Shown here: in pieces, positions 1 through 9,033 of the stretch
Numbering within the stretch: the first letter of the stretch is position 1
Layout: every line of letters begins with the position of its first letter
NCBI GenBank assembly: GCA_026986575.1
Contig: JALSOH010000006.1
Span: 32,001-96,000, forward strand
DNA: 64,000 nt
From: Thermoproteota archaeon
GTDB taxonomy: Archaea; Korarchaeota; Korarchaeia; Korarchaeales; Korarchaeaceae
Direction of reading: 5' to 3'
Program-made: the position numbers and the translations under genes
Notes under the pieces: model-generated
Databases searched by the model: none
Told to the model about the DNA's origin: nothing
What the model saw: only the letters and a program-made list of their open reading frames with translations

Positions 1-622
1 GATCCTCAGGGTCTATGCAGACGGGAGGCTGCCAGTCCTTGGCCGCCTTCAGCACCTCGAGGAAACTCCCGTAGTAGATCACTAGGACCTCGCATAAGTA
101 TCCGCTGAACCCTCCGACCTTCTCTTCAGCACCGTAAGCTTCTATCGATTTGAGAAAGGCTTTCAGAAGCCTCACTTCAGTTGGAGAGCGAAGTTTGGAT
201 TTCACGTATGAATTGTGCAGCGGGGTCCTGTCTACCGAGCTGGCTATTCTCTCCCCCTTCCCTATCCTGTAGGCTGGAACGAGATCTATGTCGAATTCCT
301 CCAGCCTGACCATGACGTATGGATGCTCAGCGTAGTTCTGAACATACTCGCCGAAGGCCTTGGCCGCGATCTCCCTTATCAGCTCACCTAGGACGTCCTT
401 CCCCCCTACCACCTTGGGAAAGAGGACGAATATGTCCAGCTCGTAGTTACCCGGTAGCCAAGTGTCCCTCACCGCGGACCCTACTGGCACTACCTCCGCA
501 TCGAATCCCAGCTCGTCGACCGCTCTCCTTACCCTACTTAATGCCTCCTCCAAGACACGCTCGAGCTTCCTCCTCTCCTCATTAGAGGGTGTGACGAGCT
601 TTTTCGCCTGTTCCAGCACCAC
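1..622 (-). CDS. cca: CCA-adding enzyme (class I tRNA nucleotidyltransferase), runs off left edge
   Basis: Manual minus-strand translation gives VVLEQAKKLVTPS...VGSAVRDTWLPGNYELDIFVLFP (GS..RDTWL...D.F nucleotidyltransferase motif). Start uncertain (GTG 622 or TTG 658). Confidence 0.9.
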   Translation of the reverse strand, partial: MVLEQAKKLVTPSNEERRKLERVLEEALSRVRRAVDELGFDAEVVPVGSAVRDTWLPGNYELDIFVLFPKVVGGKDVLGELIREIAAKAFGEYVQNYAEHPYVMVRLEEFDIDLVPAYRIGKGERIASSVDRTPLHNSYVKSKLRSPTEVRLLKAFLKSIEAYGAEEKVGGFSGYLCEVLVIYYGSFLEVLKAAKDWQPPVCIDPED

Positions 623-629
623 CTCTAAG

Positions 630-1199
630 TCACTCGATGGTCGCGTGCCTCTTGGCAAGATCCTCCTCACTCTTCCCTAGGAGCTCGACGAGCTCCGCAA
701 TGAGGGCGTCGAAGTATATCATGGTACTCAGCTCGAACAGCGTGCCGAGAGGGGTCAGGGGCTCGTGTATTCCGAGTATCTGTCTAGTGAAGTAGTCCCT
801 ACTGTTATTCTTAGGGAGCACCCTTCCCCCTATCCTCACGACCAGATCCGCTATCTTACCGAGGCTCGACTCGGGATAGCTGGTGACGGCCACCACGTGG
901 GCTCCAACCTTTTTAGCCACCTGCGCCGCTGAGAGAGGGTATTTGGTCTCACCGGAACCGCTTACTACCACCACTAGGTCCCCGGGAGCTACCGAGGGAG
1001 TGACCGTCTCGCCTATGACGTAGACATGGAAACCCACATGCATGAGCCTCATGGCAAATGCCCTCGCCACGAGACCGGATCTACCAGCCCCGACCACGAA
1101 GATCTTCCCCTCTCCGAGCGTCCTCAGAAGGGCCTTTATGAACTTCTGAGTGGATTCCTCTTCTACATCGGATAGGTTCTCACTTATAACATCGAGCAA
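630..1199 (-). CDS. hxlB: 6-phospho-3-hexuloisomerase (SIS domain)
   Basis: GAGRSGLVARAFAMRLMH, VIGETVTP, SGSGET, PLGTLFE, RHATIE motifs. Confidence 0.93.
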   Translation of the reverse strand: MLDVISENLSDVEEESTQKFIKALLRTLGEGKIFVVGAGRSGLVARAFAMRLMHVGFHVYVIGETVTPSVAPGDLVVVVSGSGETKYPLSAAQVAKKVGAHVVAVTSYPESSLGKIADLVVRIGGRVLPKNNSRDYFTRQILGIHEPLTPLGTLFELSTMIYFDALIAELVELLGKSEEDLAKRHATIE

Positions 1200-1324
1200 C
1201 CTACTAATAGTCTCCCTGATGGGCGTGGCGTCATCCCCTCGGATGCGCCCCCCGCTTTATTTAACAAATTAACTGAAGCGCGCATGGTTTTATTTGAGGG
1301 ATCTGTGACAAATCTTGACCACTA

Positions 1325-1984
1325 ATGGGAGCCAGTACGGAGGATAACAGCGAGAAACGTCCACCTCCACTCGTAGAGAGAATAATAGAGCAATTTGAGG
1401 AGCTAGCCGACACAGTGCGGATAATATCTAGGATAAGCGGGATGAGCGAGGTTGCTAGGAGGTATGCGGTCACCAATTCGTTCGACAGCCTCCTTACCAT
1501 GTTAGGCGTCCTGATGGGGAGCTTCATATCGGGTTTAAAGGAACCCTCCGTCATCATCAACACAGTACTCGGCGGCGCGGTGGCCATACTCATATCCGGT
1601 ACGATGGGCACATACCTGACGGAGAGGGCGGAGAGGGCCTCTAGGATAAAAGAGCTCGAGGTGGCAGTTCTCATGGATCTAGACGAGACCCTCGTGGGGA
1701 AGGCCGAGAGCATATCAGCGGTGATGGTAGCGGCGGCCAGTGGCCTAGCTCCCTTCTTGGTCATGATGTCCCTGACCGTTCCCTTCTATCTGTCCACTGG
1801 CGGCATGCTCTCCGTGATGGAGGCCTACGTGATATCCTTCATCGAGGTCCTGACAATCCTCTTCACACTAGGGGTATTCCTTGGCTCCCTATCGGGTGAA
1901 AACAGGCTGGTCTACGGGGCTATGCTGGTGGGAATGGGCCTCCTGATAGTGATGGTGATGCTTTGGCTGGGAATAAGTGGATAG
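1325..1984 (+). CDS. VIT1/CCC1-family membrane transporter
   Basis: RRYAVTNSFDSLLTMLG, GTYLTERAER; multiple TM helices. Confidence 0.8.
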   Translation: MGASTEDNSEKRPPPLVERIIEQFEELADTVRIISRISGMSEVARRYAVTNSFDSLLTMLGVLMGSFISGLKEPSVIINTVLGGAVAILISGTMGTYLTERAERASRIKELEVAVLMDLDETLVGKAESISAVMVAAASGLAPFLVMMSLTVPFYLSTGGMLSVMEAYVISFIEVLTILFTLGVFLGSLSGENRLVYGAMLVGMGLLIVMVMLWLGISG

Positions 1985-2709
1985 CCCTGAGAGTCGCCTA
2001 TATAGGGTGGGATTACTATGGAGCGGTCAGGCAACCGGACCTTCCTACCATAGAGGGATCGCTAGTTGAAGCATTGTCCGATCAGGGAATTGAGGCCAGG
2101 TTGAAATTCACCTCTAGGACGGACAGAGGAGTATCGGCTCTGGATAATGTGGTAACCTACAGAGGGGCGCTCCCGAACATCTCTCGACTGAATGCTAACC
2201 TCCCAAAGGACATCGCAGTCTGGGGGCTCATCGAATCGGATAGCAGGGTGAAGGCAATCGAAAAGACCTATCTATACGTTGTTCCCGTTGAACTGGACAT
2301 CGAAAGATTGCTCGAGAGCTTGAGAGAGGCCTCACTCTCACCGGATCTCTGTAAGGAGGGAGAGGCGCCGAGACCGAGCTGTGATGCGAGGGCTTATCGA
2401 GATTTCACACTGGTGTTCGTGACCGGAAAGTCTTTCTGCTGGCAAATGGTCAGGAGGCTCGTGGGAAGAGCCGTTGGACCTATGATAGGCAAGAAGATGA
2501 ATGTAGCTCCGGCGGAAGGGCTCATGCTCCTCAGGACCAAGGTGGACAGACGGTGGGATGAGCTTCAAACCTACAAGCTCCAATCCATCCTGAAGGAGCT
2601 GGAAAAGAGTATGTGGAGGTGGGGAACCGGTCTACTTCTACTGGATATAATCAGAGGGGTTATCTCTTCAGGGCGACTACCGTCTTGGTCTCGGGGACGT
2701 ACCACCTGA
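1963..2709 (+). CDS. truA: tRNA pseudouridine(38-40) synthase
   Basis: VAYIGWDYYG..RQP..PTIEG, SRTDRGVSA (catalytic Asp), FCWQMVR, APAEGL. Confidence 0.88.
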   Translation: MAGNKWIALRVAYIGWDYYGAVRQPDLPTIEGSLVEALSDQGIEARLKFTSRTDRGVSALDNVVTYRGALPNISRLNANLPKDIAVWGLIESDSRVKAIEKTYLYVVPVELDIERLLESLREASLSPDLCKEGEAPRPSCDARAYRDFTLVFVTGKSFCWQMVRRLVGRAVGPMIGKKMNVAPAEGLMLLRTKVDRRWDELQTYKLQSILKELEKSMWRWGTGLLLLDIIRGVISSGRLPSWSRGRTT

Positions 2710-2938
2710 CCTTATCCCTGAACCACTTCCAGAACTTTGTGAACGCATCCATGCTCTCCGTCTCCACCTGTATGATCCCGTTGTACTCCGTTCCCCAAGC
2801 GTGATCGTAAACACCGATCAACCTAATCTCTGGAGGCCACTCCTCCATTATATCCTCCCACTGCCTCCTTGCTTTCTCTTCCTCTTCCTCGGTTAGCTCT
2901 CTAAGCTTGTAGAAGATCAGTAGCACGTAAGTTGGCAT
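2660..2938 (-). CDS. Small hypothetical protein, probable ferredoxin-like fold (GYD/DUF3303-like)
   Basis: 92 aa ORF with upstream GAGGTGA SD and TATA-like TTTATATAAA. Confidence 0.6.
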   Translation of the reverse strand: MPTYVLLIFYKLRELTEEEEEKARRQWEDIMEEWPPEIRLIGVYDHAWGTEYNGIIQVETESMDAFTKFWKWFRDKVRWYVPETKTVVALKR

Positions 2939-2991
2939 GAACTATCACCTCTAGAAGGGATTGTGGAATTTATATAAACTTCCTGACATGC

Positions 2992-4515
2992 CTAGCTGAC
3001 GCTTCTGAGGGGGAGCCAGCACTTAGGCATGCATCCAGTGCACGAGACATCACATCCCGGTGTGGGTAAACCCTCTAGGGCCCTTCTCAGCTCTCTAGAT
3101 AGGAAATCCCTACTCACTCCTGTGTCAATGTACTTCCACCAAGGTGCGTCTCTCTCCCCGTAGACTATGGAATCCAGATCTATTCCCATATCGTTAGCTA
3201 GGGAGCGATAGGCTCCTCTATTGTACGGAATTCTAACCCCTTTCTTGAGGAGTTTCGCTATCTCAAAGCCTCCCACCGACATGAAAGTCTGAATGTACGC
3301 CCTGCCGTAGTGCATGGCGTTGACCTGCCCCCGGAAACTCCTCCTGAATATGGAGATCCTCCTCTTGATGTCCTCCTCGCGGGCAAGCGGGACCGTCTCG
3401 AAAGGCGTCCCGGCCTTGGGAATGAAGATGCTCACTGTGACCTTTGTGTTTACGAACTCCGCTATCCTACTCGCCAGCCGACTCGATTCCTCCACATCCT
3501 GATCGGTCTCAGAGGGAAGGCCCACCATGAAGTAGAGCTTGAGATGTCTCATCCCTGAATCCTTGGCCTCCTCTGCCACCCTCACGAACTCCTCGTTATC
3601 TATCGTCTTGTTCACCACGGCCTTCATCCTCTCACTACCGGTCTCAGGGGCTAGTGTGAGCATGCTCTCACCAACGCTCACCGCCAACTCTATGAGCTCT
3701 CTATCCACTTGATCTGCTCTAAGAGAGGGTAATGTGACGCGAAGCCCCTTTTCAGAGGCCCAATGAAGCAGATCCTTTATTAGCTTTGAAGATGCAGCGT
3801 CACTCCCTATGACGTATACCCCTTTGAACCCCAGCTCATGGGCCCTCTCGACGGCCACCTCCAAGTCTTTGGGATCCGGATCCAGCCGGGGTCTCCAGTG
3901 CCAGCCCAACATGCAGAACCTACAGCCCCATCCGCATCCCCTCGATATCTCCACGAGATAGCTGTTTACCGGTTCCTTCCCACGGAAGACTATTATCTGG
4001 GTTTCAAGGGGCTTCAAACCCCTTACTCTCTTGAATTCAGCTCTGTTCATGATATTTGGAAGAAAGAACCCGTCATCAGCTAGTTCATCAAGAGAGCCCC
4101 CCGCTAGCAATTTCTCCACTAGTGAGGGGATGAGGACCTCCCCATCTCCCACACCGATCGCCTCAGCCAAGGAGCTTATAGGTAGGGGGTTCGCTGAAAC
4201 GGCTGGTCCGCCGACCACAACAGGCTTGCGCACTCCTTCTAGCATCCTGAACAGTACTGGATACTGGCCCTCGAAGTGGATTGTAGCTAGAATCAGGTCG
4301 AACTCATTGAGCGATCTCCCGCCCTCCACCGATCCCTTCAGGTCAGTTACGAACCTCTCGGCCATGACGTCATCGAAAGAGTTCAGGAGGAAGTAGAGTA
4401 TCTGATGACCCATTGAGTTTATAGCCGCAAAATAGGGCGCGGGATAGACTAGGGCAATCCTCAGCCGATAATCCCGTGGATCCCTATGGTAGAACCCGCC
4501 TTCTTCCCTCAGCAA
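2992..4515 (-). CDS. Radical SAM protein with B12-binding-like N-terminal domain
   Basis: EISRGCGWGCRFC (CX3CX2C), VGGP..SANP, TLAPETGS, YFMVGLP; C-terminal Cys cluster. Confidence 0.85.
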   Translation of the reverse strand: MLREEGGFYHRDPRDYRLRIALVYPAPYFAAINSMGHQILYFLLNSFDDVMAERFVTDLKGSVEGGRSLNEFDLILATIHFEGQYPVLFRMLEGVRKPVVVGGPAVSANPLPISSLAEAIGVGDGEVLIPSLVEKLLAGGSLDELADDGFFLPNIMNRAEFKRVRGLKPLETQIIVFRGKEPVNSYLVEISRGCGWGCRFCMLGWHWRPRLDPDPKDLEVAVERAHELGFKGVYVIGSDAASSKLIKDLLHWASEKGLRVTLPSLRADQVDRELIELAVSVGESMLTLAPETGSERMKAVVNKTIDNEEFVRVAEEAKDSGMRHLKLYFMVGLPSETDQDVEESSRLASRIAEFVNTKVTVSIFIPKAGTPFETVPLAREEDIKRRISIFRRSFRGQVNAMHYGRAYIQTFMSVGGFEIAKLLKKGVRIPYNRGAYRSLANDMGIDLDSIVYGERDAPWWKYIDTGVSRDFLSRELRRALEGLPTPGCDVSCTGCMPKCWLPLRSVS

Positions 4516-4531
4516 ATGGGATCTCCCCTAG

Positions 4532-4604
4532 TGGGCCGGGGGGGACTCGAACCCCCGACCTCCGCCTCGTAAGGGCGGCGTCATAGCCGCTAGACCACCG
4601 GCCC
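4532..4604 (-). tRNA. tRNA-Val(TAC)
   Basis: GGGCCGGTGGTCTAGCGG...CCGCC-CT-TAC-GA-GGCGG...GGTTCGAGTCC...CCGGCCCA; no encoded CCA. Confidence 0.95.
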
Positions 4605-4612
4605 TGTGAAAG

Positions 4613-4715
4613 TGGCGCCGGGGGAGGGATTTGAACCCTCGCGGCCCGATGGGCCACTGGCTTTCCACAGGAGGCTTTAGCAGGCCAGCCCCCTACCAGG
4701 CTAGGGCACCCCGGC
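4613..4715 (-). tRNA. tRNA-Ser(GCT) with 15-nt intron at 37/38 (4663-4677)
   Basis: CTGGC-CTGCTA-[AAGCCTCCTGTGGAA]-A-GCCAG, long variable arm, GGTTCAAATCC, encoded GCCA end; BHB motif can form. Confidence 0.93.
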
Positions 4716-4745
4716 CCTCCACCGCACCTATGGCGAAGCGGATTT

Positions 4746-5510
4746 TTAAACTTCACTTGAGCGGAGGAGATCCTCAACCCTCGCAGGAGAGAGGGCGGAA
4801 AGCACGGCTCCAGGGAGGTGAGGGCCCAGCCTAGGAATCAATCCCTTAGCTTGAGTCCCGGGCTTACACACGAGGGCGTGGGATAGGAAAGAGGTCCTCA
4901 CAACGCTCACATCCCTCCTATGACCCGTCCTCATGAGGGCCCTCCTGACCTGCTTCGGAGTCGCTCTAACGATAAAGAGGACATCCCGACCCCTGTTCAT
5001 CCATCCTCTCACCATCGCAACCTGTTTAGGGGATAGAGACACGTACACACCACTTTCGTCTTTCCGGAGGACCCTCAACTCCAAGGCTAAATCGTCAACG
5101 AAACCGTAGGCCCTAGCTATTTTCCTAGCAGGTAACTTCATTCCCTTAGCCAACTGGTTTCTCATCTCGAAGAGCGGATAGAGGGCGTCCTTCTCCTCCT
5201 TGAATGCCTTGAAATATACCCCGAAACCCACCTTACCGACATCTGTAATGAAGCCCTTGAACGTATCCCCAACCTTCACCTCTTTTATGCTGGGCAGCTT
5301 GCCGTAAGTCTTGATTATGAGATTCTCCGCTATTCCCTCATCCGGACCTGTGACTGAGACTCTCACCCACCCTCCTTCAGTGTCTAGATCCAGCTCTGGT
5401 ACCTCCAAACCCTTCATGTAACCCAGCATCTCCCAACCGAGCTCCTCGAGGACATCTTCCTTTGGAAGGCCTTTGGATATCCTCTCTTGGATGAGTAGGG
5501 TGCGCGTCAA
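4746..5510 (-). CDS. DUF2110-family protein (S1-like domain)
   Basis: GPDE.IA.NL....G, G.I..VGKVGFG; this family typically follows tfe. Confidence 0.75.
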   Translation of the reverse strand: MTRTLLIQERISKGLPKEDVLEELGWEMLGYMKGLEVPELDLDTEGGWVRVSVTGPDEGIAENLIIKTYGKLPSIKEVKVGDTFKGFITDVGKVGFGVYFKAFKEEKDALYPLFEMRNQLAKGMKLPARKIARAYGFVDDLALELRVLRKDESGVYVSLSPKQVAMVRGWMNRGRDVLFIVRATPKQVRRALMRTGHRRDVSVVRTSFLSHALVCKPGTQAKGLIPRLGPHLPGAVLSALSPARVEDLLRSSEV

Positions 5511-6046
5511 CTTGCCTCTCCTTCCAGCGACTCCAGCGCCCTATTAAGAACATCAAGCATTCTCTCTATCTCCTCCAGTATCTTTTCCCTGTCCACCGGT
5601 TCCAACATGGCGCCACACACGGGACAGACGAGGCCAGATTCATCCATCCGCGATATCACCTCATCGAAGCTTAGCCTTATGTGGGTAGGGTCGGCGGCGC
5701 ACACGTAATACTCCCCCGAGGACTCCTCCTCCTTCCTCCTGATGAGCATCTCCCTCACCTCCCTGAACCTCCTCAGGAGGAAGGATCTGGCTAAGTCGCT
5801 GTTTATCCTCCAGTAAGTAAGCCTGTTCCCCGCCTCATCCTCCTTTGTACCCAGCTGCACGACCAAATTGGAGTCCTGCATCCTGTAGAGGAGCTGCCGA
5901 AGCTCTGTCGGTGGCAGTTTCAGTTTCTCCTGCATCTCCCCCTCCTCCAAGACACCATCCTTGGCAAAATTGACCATCTTCCTGGCGAGGCTCAAATCCC
6001 TAGCAACAACAGCGAGCGCTAGAACTATCAAGTCCTCTTCACTCAT
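5507..6046 (-). CDS. tfe: Transcription factor E alpha
   Basis: wHTH with ELRQLLYRM and YWRIN; zinc ribbon YYVC...CPVCGAML. Confidence 0.88.
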   Translation of the reverse strand: MSEEDLIVLALAVVARDLSLARKMVNFAKDGVLEEGEMQEKLKLPPTELRQLLYRMQDSNLVVQLGTKEDEAGNRLTYWRINSDLARSFLLRRFREVREMLIRRKEEESSGEYYVCAADPTHIRLSFDEVISRMDESGLVCPVCGAMLEPVDREKILEEIERMLDVLNRALESLEGEAS

Positions 6047-6105
6047 GTTTTTCGGTCTCCCTCATCTAGTAAAGTTTATTACCGGCCTTATCGATCTAAC
6101 CAATG

Positions 6106-6180
6106 GCCCCGGTAGCTCAGCCCGGTCAGAGCGGCCGCCTCGTAAGCGGCAGGTCGCGGGTTCGAATCCCGCCCGGGGCT
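6106..6180 (+). tRNA. tRNA-Thr(CGT)
   Basis: GCCCCGGTAGCTCAG...GCCGC-CT-CGT-AA-GCGGC...GGTTCGAATCCC. Confidence 0.95.
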
Positions 6181-6245
6181 CTCATTCAGAATACGCCTGA
6201 GCTCTCAAATAAGTTTTACTAAATCTCATAGAGTCTCGGGGAGAA

Positions 6246-6319
6246 TGGGGCCGCCGGGATTTGAACCCGGGACCTCCGGCTCCCGAGGCCGGCATCCTAC
6301 CAAGCTAGACCACGGCCCC
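6246..6319 (-). tRNA. tRNA-Pro(CGG)
   Basis: GGGGCCGTGGTCTAG...CCGGC-CT-CGG-GA-GCCGG...GGTTCAAATCCC. Confidence 0.95.
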
Positions 6320-6359
6320 AGTTCAAAGTAATTCATACTATGCGATAAAAAAGCTTTTC

Positions 6360-6878
6360 TCAGGAACCACCCGATTCCTCTAAGACCTCGGAGAGGGCTT
6401 TCTTGAGCTCAGTGTATGTATTCCTCAGGGCATCACTGACGACCTTTGTGTTGCCTATCACTGGCATGAAGTTCGTATCCCCGTTCCAGCGAGGGACTAC
6501 ATGTATATGCACGTGTCCCTCGAAACCGGCCCCTGCGGCCTTGCCTATGTTCGCTCCGACGTTGAATCCCTCTGGATTCATGGCTCTCCTCAGGGTGAGC
6601 ATAGACAGGCGTATCAGTCTCCACATGTCCTTAGCTTCATCTTCCGTCAGGTCCTCTATGCTGGCTACGTGCCTGTAGGGCGCCACCATTAGGTGGCCCG
6701 GGTTATAGGGATACTTGTTCAGTATGATGAAGCAGTGCTCGGATCTGTGCAGGATTAGGTTCTCCTCGTCCCTGCCCTCAGCCGGTAAGGTGCAGAATAT
6801 GCATTCCTTCCCCGCCTCGGTGGCGAGCAACTTGATATAGGGCATCCTCCATACTGCCCAGAGTCTTCTAAGGCTCAA
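6360..6878 (-). CDS. HIT-family nucleotide hydrolase
   Basis: CIFC, NKYPYNPGH, HVHIHVVPRW. Confidence 0.93.
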   Translation of the reverse strand: MSLRRLWAVWRMPYIKLLATEAGKECIFCTLPAEGRDEENLILHRSEHCFIILNKYPYNPGHLMVAPYRHVASIEDLTEDEAKDMWRLIRLSMLTLRRAMNPEGFNVGANIGKAAGAGFEGHVHIHVVPRWNGDTNFMPVIGNTKVVSDALRNTYTELKKALSEVLEESGGS

Positions 6879-7240
6879 CTAGCTCCCTCCGTGAGCCTCA
6901 AGATGGCCTCTGCTAGATCACCACCAGCTTCTATAAGTGCCTTTCTGGCGGTCTCCCTGTCCACTCCCGCCTGGGAGGCGACCAGGGAGATATCTTCCTC
7001 AGTAGGTTCGTAGACCTCCTCACCCTTCTCCTCTACCTCAGAGACCTTTTCCACTTTCCCCATCACTTGATAGATCTCTTCCCCTCCCACTTTAGTTACC
7101 GAGACCTGAGGATCGGATATGCGCAGAGCCGTTCCATCTCTCAACCTTATCAAGACCTCCTCCGCATCCAGCGTCTGGACCTTCACTCCCATGCTCCTCA
7201 GCATCTTTTCCAAGTCCTTAGGCCTGAACTTTCTCATCAT
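6875..7240 (-). CDS. nac: Archaeal nascent polypeptide-associated complex protein
   Basis: NAC domain plus C-terminal UBA (EDISLVASQAGV...GDLAEAIL). Confidence 0.92.
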   Translation of the reverse strand: MMRKFRPKDLEKMLRSMGVKVQTLDAEEVLIRLRDGTALRISDPQVSVTKVGGEEIYQVMGKVEKVSEVEEKGEEVYEPTEEDISLVASQAGVDRETARKALIEAGGDLAEAILRLTEGAS

Positions 7241-7306
7241 ATGGGCCTTAAGTTCGAGTAAAAGTAAAGTTTACCTTAGGCGGGAGGGGCATGGGAGCGA
7301 GGGACC

Positions 7307-7858
7307 TTGTCGGAGGAAGTCTATGTCTGTGAGATATGCGGCGGTACCTTCGTCGGTAAACCTGTGATAGTCGATCTGGACGGTTATAAGGCGATGGTCT
7401 GCCCGAGCTGCGCTAGAAAACTCCTGAGGAGGGAAAAGAAGGAAACTAAGGTCTCCATAAGGGAGACCAAGGCGGAGGCGCCACTGAAGAGGGAACCTCC
7501 CAGAAAGCCCCCTAAAGGAATTCCTACTCCCAAGAGGAGAAAAGTGGAGGAAATAGAGTACGTGGAGGGTTATGGGGGTAAGATAAGGGAGGCTAGAGAG
7601 TCCTTAGGCCTAACCATAGAGCAGGTGGCTGCTGCTTTGAACATAAAAGCATCCCTCCTCCGCAATATTGAGGCGGAGAAGGTCATCCCACCTTACGAGG
7701 TGGCTCGATCTATAGAGAAATTGCTGGAGATCACCATAATACAGAGGAACCCCGAGAGGAGCGCATCTGCCGTGCCAGAAACGGCCCCTCCGGTATCCAT
7801 AAAGTCAATTACCTTGGGCGAGATAGTAGAGGTGAAGAAGAAGAGGAGGAAGAGGTAA
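7307..7858 (+). CDS. Archaeal multiprotein bridging factor aMBF1
   Basis: N-terminal CEICG...CPSC zinc ribbon, HTH (IREARESLGLT), C-terminal TLGE motif. Confidence 0.9.
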   Translation: MSEEVYVCEICGGTFVGKPVIVDLDGYKAMVCPSCARKLLRREKKETKVSIRETKAEAPLKREPPRKPPKGIPTPKRRKVEEIEYVEGYGGKIREARESLGLTIEQVAAALNIKASLLRNIEAEKVIPPYEVARSIEKLLEITIIQRNPERSASAVPETAPPVSIKSITLGEIVEVKKKRRKR

Positions 7859-9024
7859 TGCCCACCAACATACCTCCCGAGGCCCAGGCCAAGTGGGAGG
7901 AATATTCGAAGGCAAAGACGCCGGAAGAGAAGCTTCAGAAGTTGAAAGAGTTCTACGCCCTGATACCGAAGCACAAGGGAACCGAGAAGATGGAGAAGTT
8001 CATCAAGAGGAGAATGGCCGAGCTGAGGGAGGAGATTGAGAGGAGGAGAGCGAGCAAGAAGTCCAGAGGACCATCTCTCATGGTTGAGAAGAGGGGAGCG
8101 GCCCAAATGGTTCTGATAGGTTTCACCAACTCGGGACGGAGCACCATACTGTCGACCCTGACTAACGCCAGAGTCGAGATCTCCCCGAATCCGTTCACCA
8201 CAATAAAACCTGTGGAGGGAATGATGGAATTCAAAGGGGCCCAGATACAGATAGTAGAAGCTCCTCCAATAATACCTCAGGCCCAAGGGGGTCCCACTAA
8301 TCTCTCGGTGGCTCTAGCTGGGAATGCGGACATCTTGGGCATAGTCGTCAGCTCCACTGACGATCCGATAATTCAATTGGACGAACTGGTCTCCCTCCTG
8401 GAGTCTAGGGGGATAGTGCTGGAGAGGCCAAGTGGGAGGGTGAGGATAAGGAGAAGCAGGGCAGCTCCCACTATAGTGATCGTAAACAAGGGCAGAATCT
8501 TGGACGGTAACGAGAGAGACGTCAAGGAGATCCTGAGGTCCTACGGCATTGAACGGGCTTGGGTCGAGATCGAGGGTAGGGTGACCCTCGAAGACGTGGA
8601 GGAAGCCGTTTTCGGTGAGAAGAAGTACAAACCCTTCATAATATTCCTCACCAAGATGGATCTGACTGGAGACGATTCCCTGCTGCGAGAGGTGGAAGTT
8701 AGATATGGAGAGAAGGCCTTGGCCGTGATCTCCTTCCCGACTAGGCTGCCCAATAATGATGAACTGGGCGCGATGATCCTCGAGGAACTTGGACTCATAA
8801 GGGTGTTCACGAAGGCTAGGAATGAGAGGGAACCCTCCGAGAAGGCAGTCATCTTGGAGAGAGGATCCACCGTCTTGGATCTGGCCAAGTTCATCCATCA
8901 ATCTTTCAAGGAGAGGTTCAGATACGCCAAGGTCTGGTCGGACAGGCTCCCCTACTCACCAATGAAGGTCGGAGCGGACTTCGTCCTAGAAGACGGCGAC
9001 ATAGTGGAGATAGTGGTCAGGTGA
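7858..9024 (+). CDS. DRG/OBG-family GTP-binding protein with TGS domain (degenerate G motifs)
   Basis: MPTN...IPKHKGTE N-terminus, PFTT (G2), TGS domain at C-terminus (LEDGDIVEI). Confidence 0.88.
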   Translation: MPTNIPPEAQAKWEEYSKAKTPEEKLQKLKEFYALIPKHKGTEKMEKFIKRRMAELREEIERRRASKKSRGPSLMVEKRGAAQMVLIGFTNSGRSTILSTLTNARVEISPNPFTTIKPVEGMMEFKGAQIQIVEAPPIIPQAQGGPTNLSVALAGNADILGIVVSSTDDPIIQLDELVSLLESRGIVLERPSGRVRIRRSRAAPTIVIVNKGRILDGNERDVKEILRSYGIERAWVEIEGRVTLEDVEEAVFGEKKYKPFIIFLTKMDLTGDDSLLREVEVRYGEKALAVISFPTRLPNNDELGAMILEELGLIRVFTKARNEREPSEKAVILERGSTVLDLAKFIHQSFKERFRYAKVWSDRLPYSPMKVGADFVLEDGDIVEIVVR

Positions 9025-9033
9025 TTCTATACC

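Noticed and set aside
319-680. Plus-strand ORFs 319-585 and 462-680
   Set aside because: Antisense shadows of the cca gene
4484-4834. ORFs 4484-4777 and 4631-4834
   Set aside because: Overlap two tRNA genes
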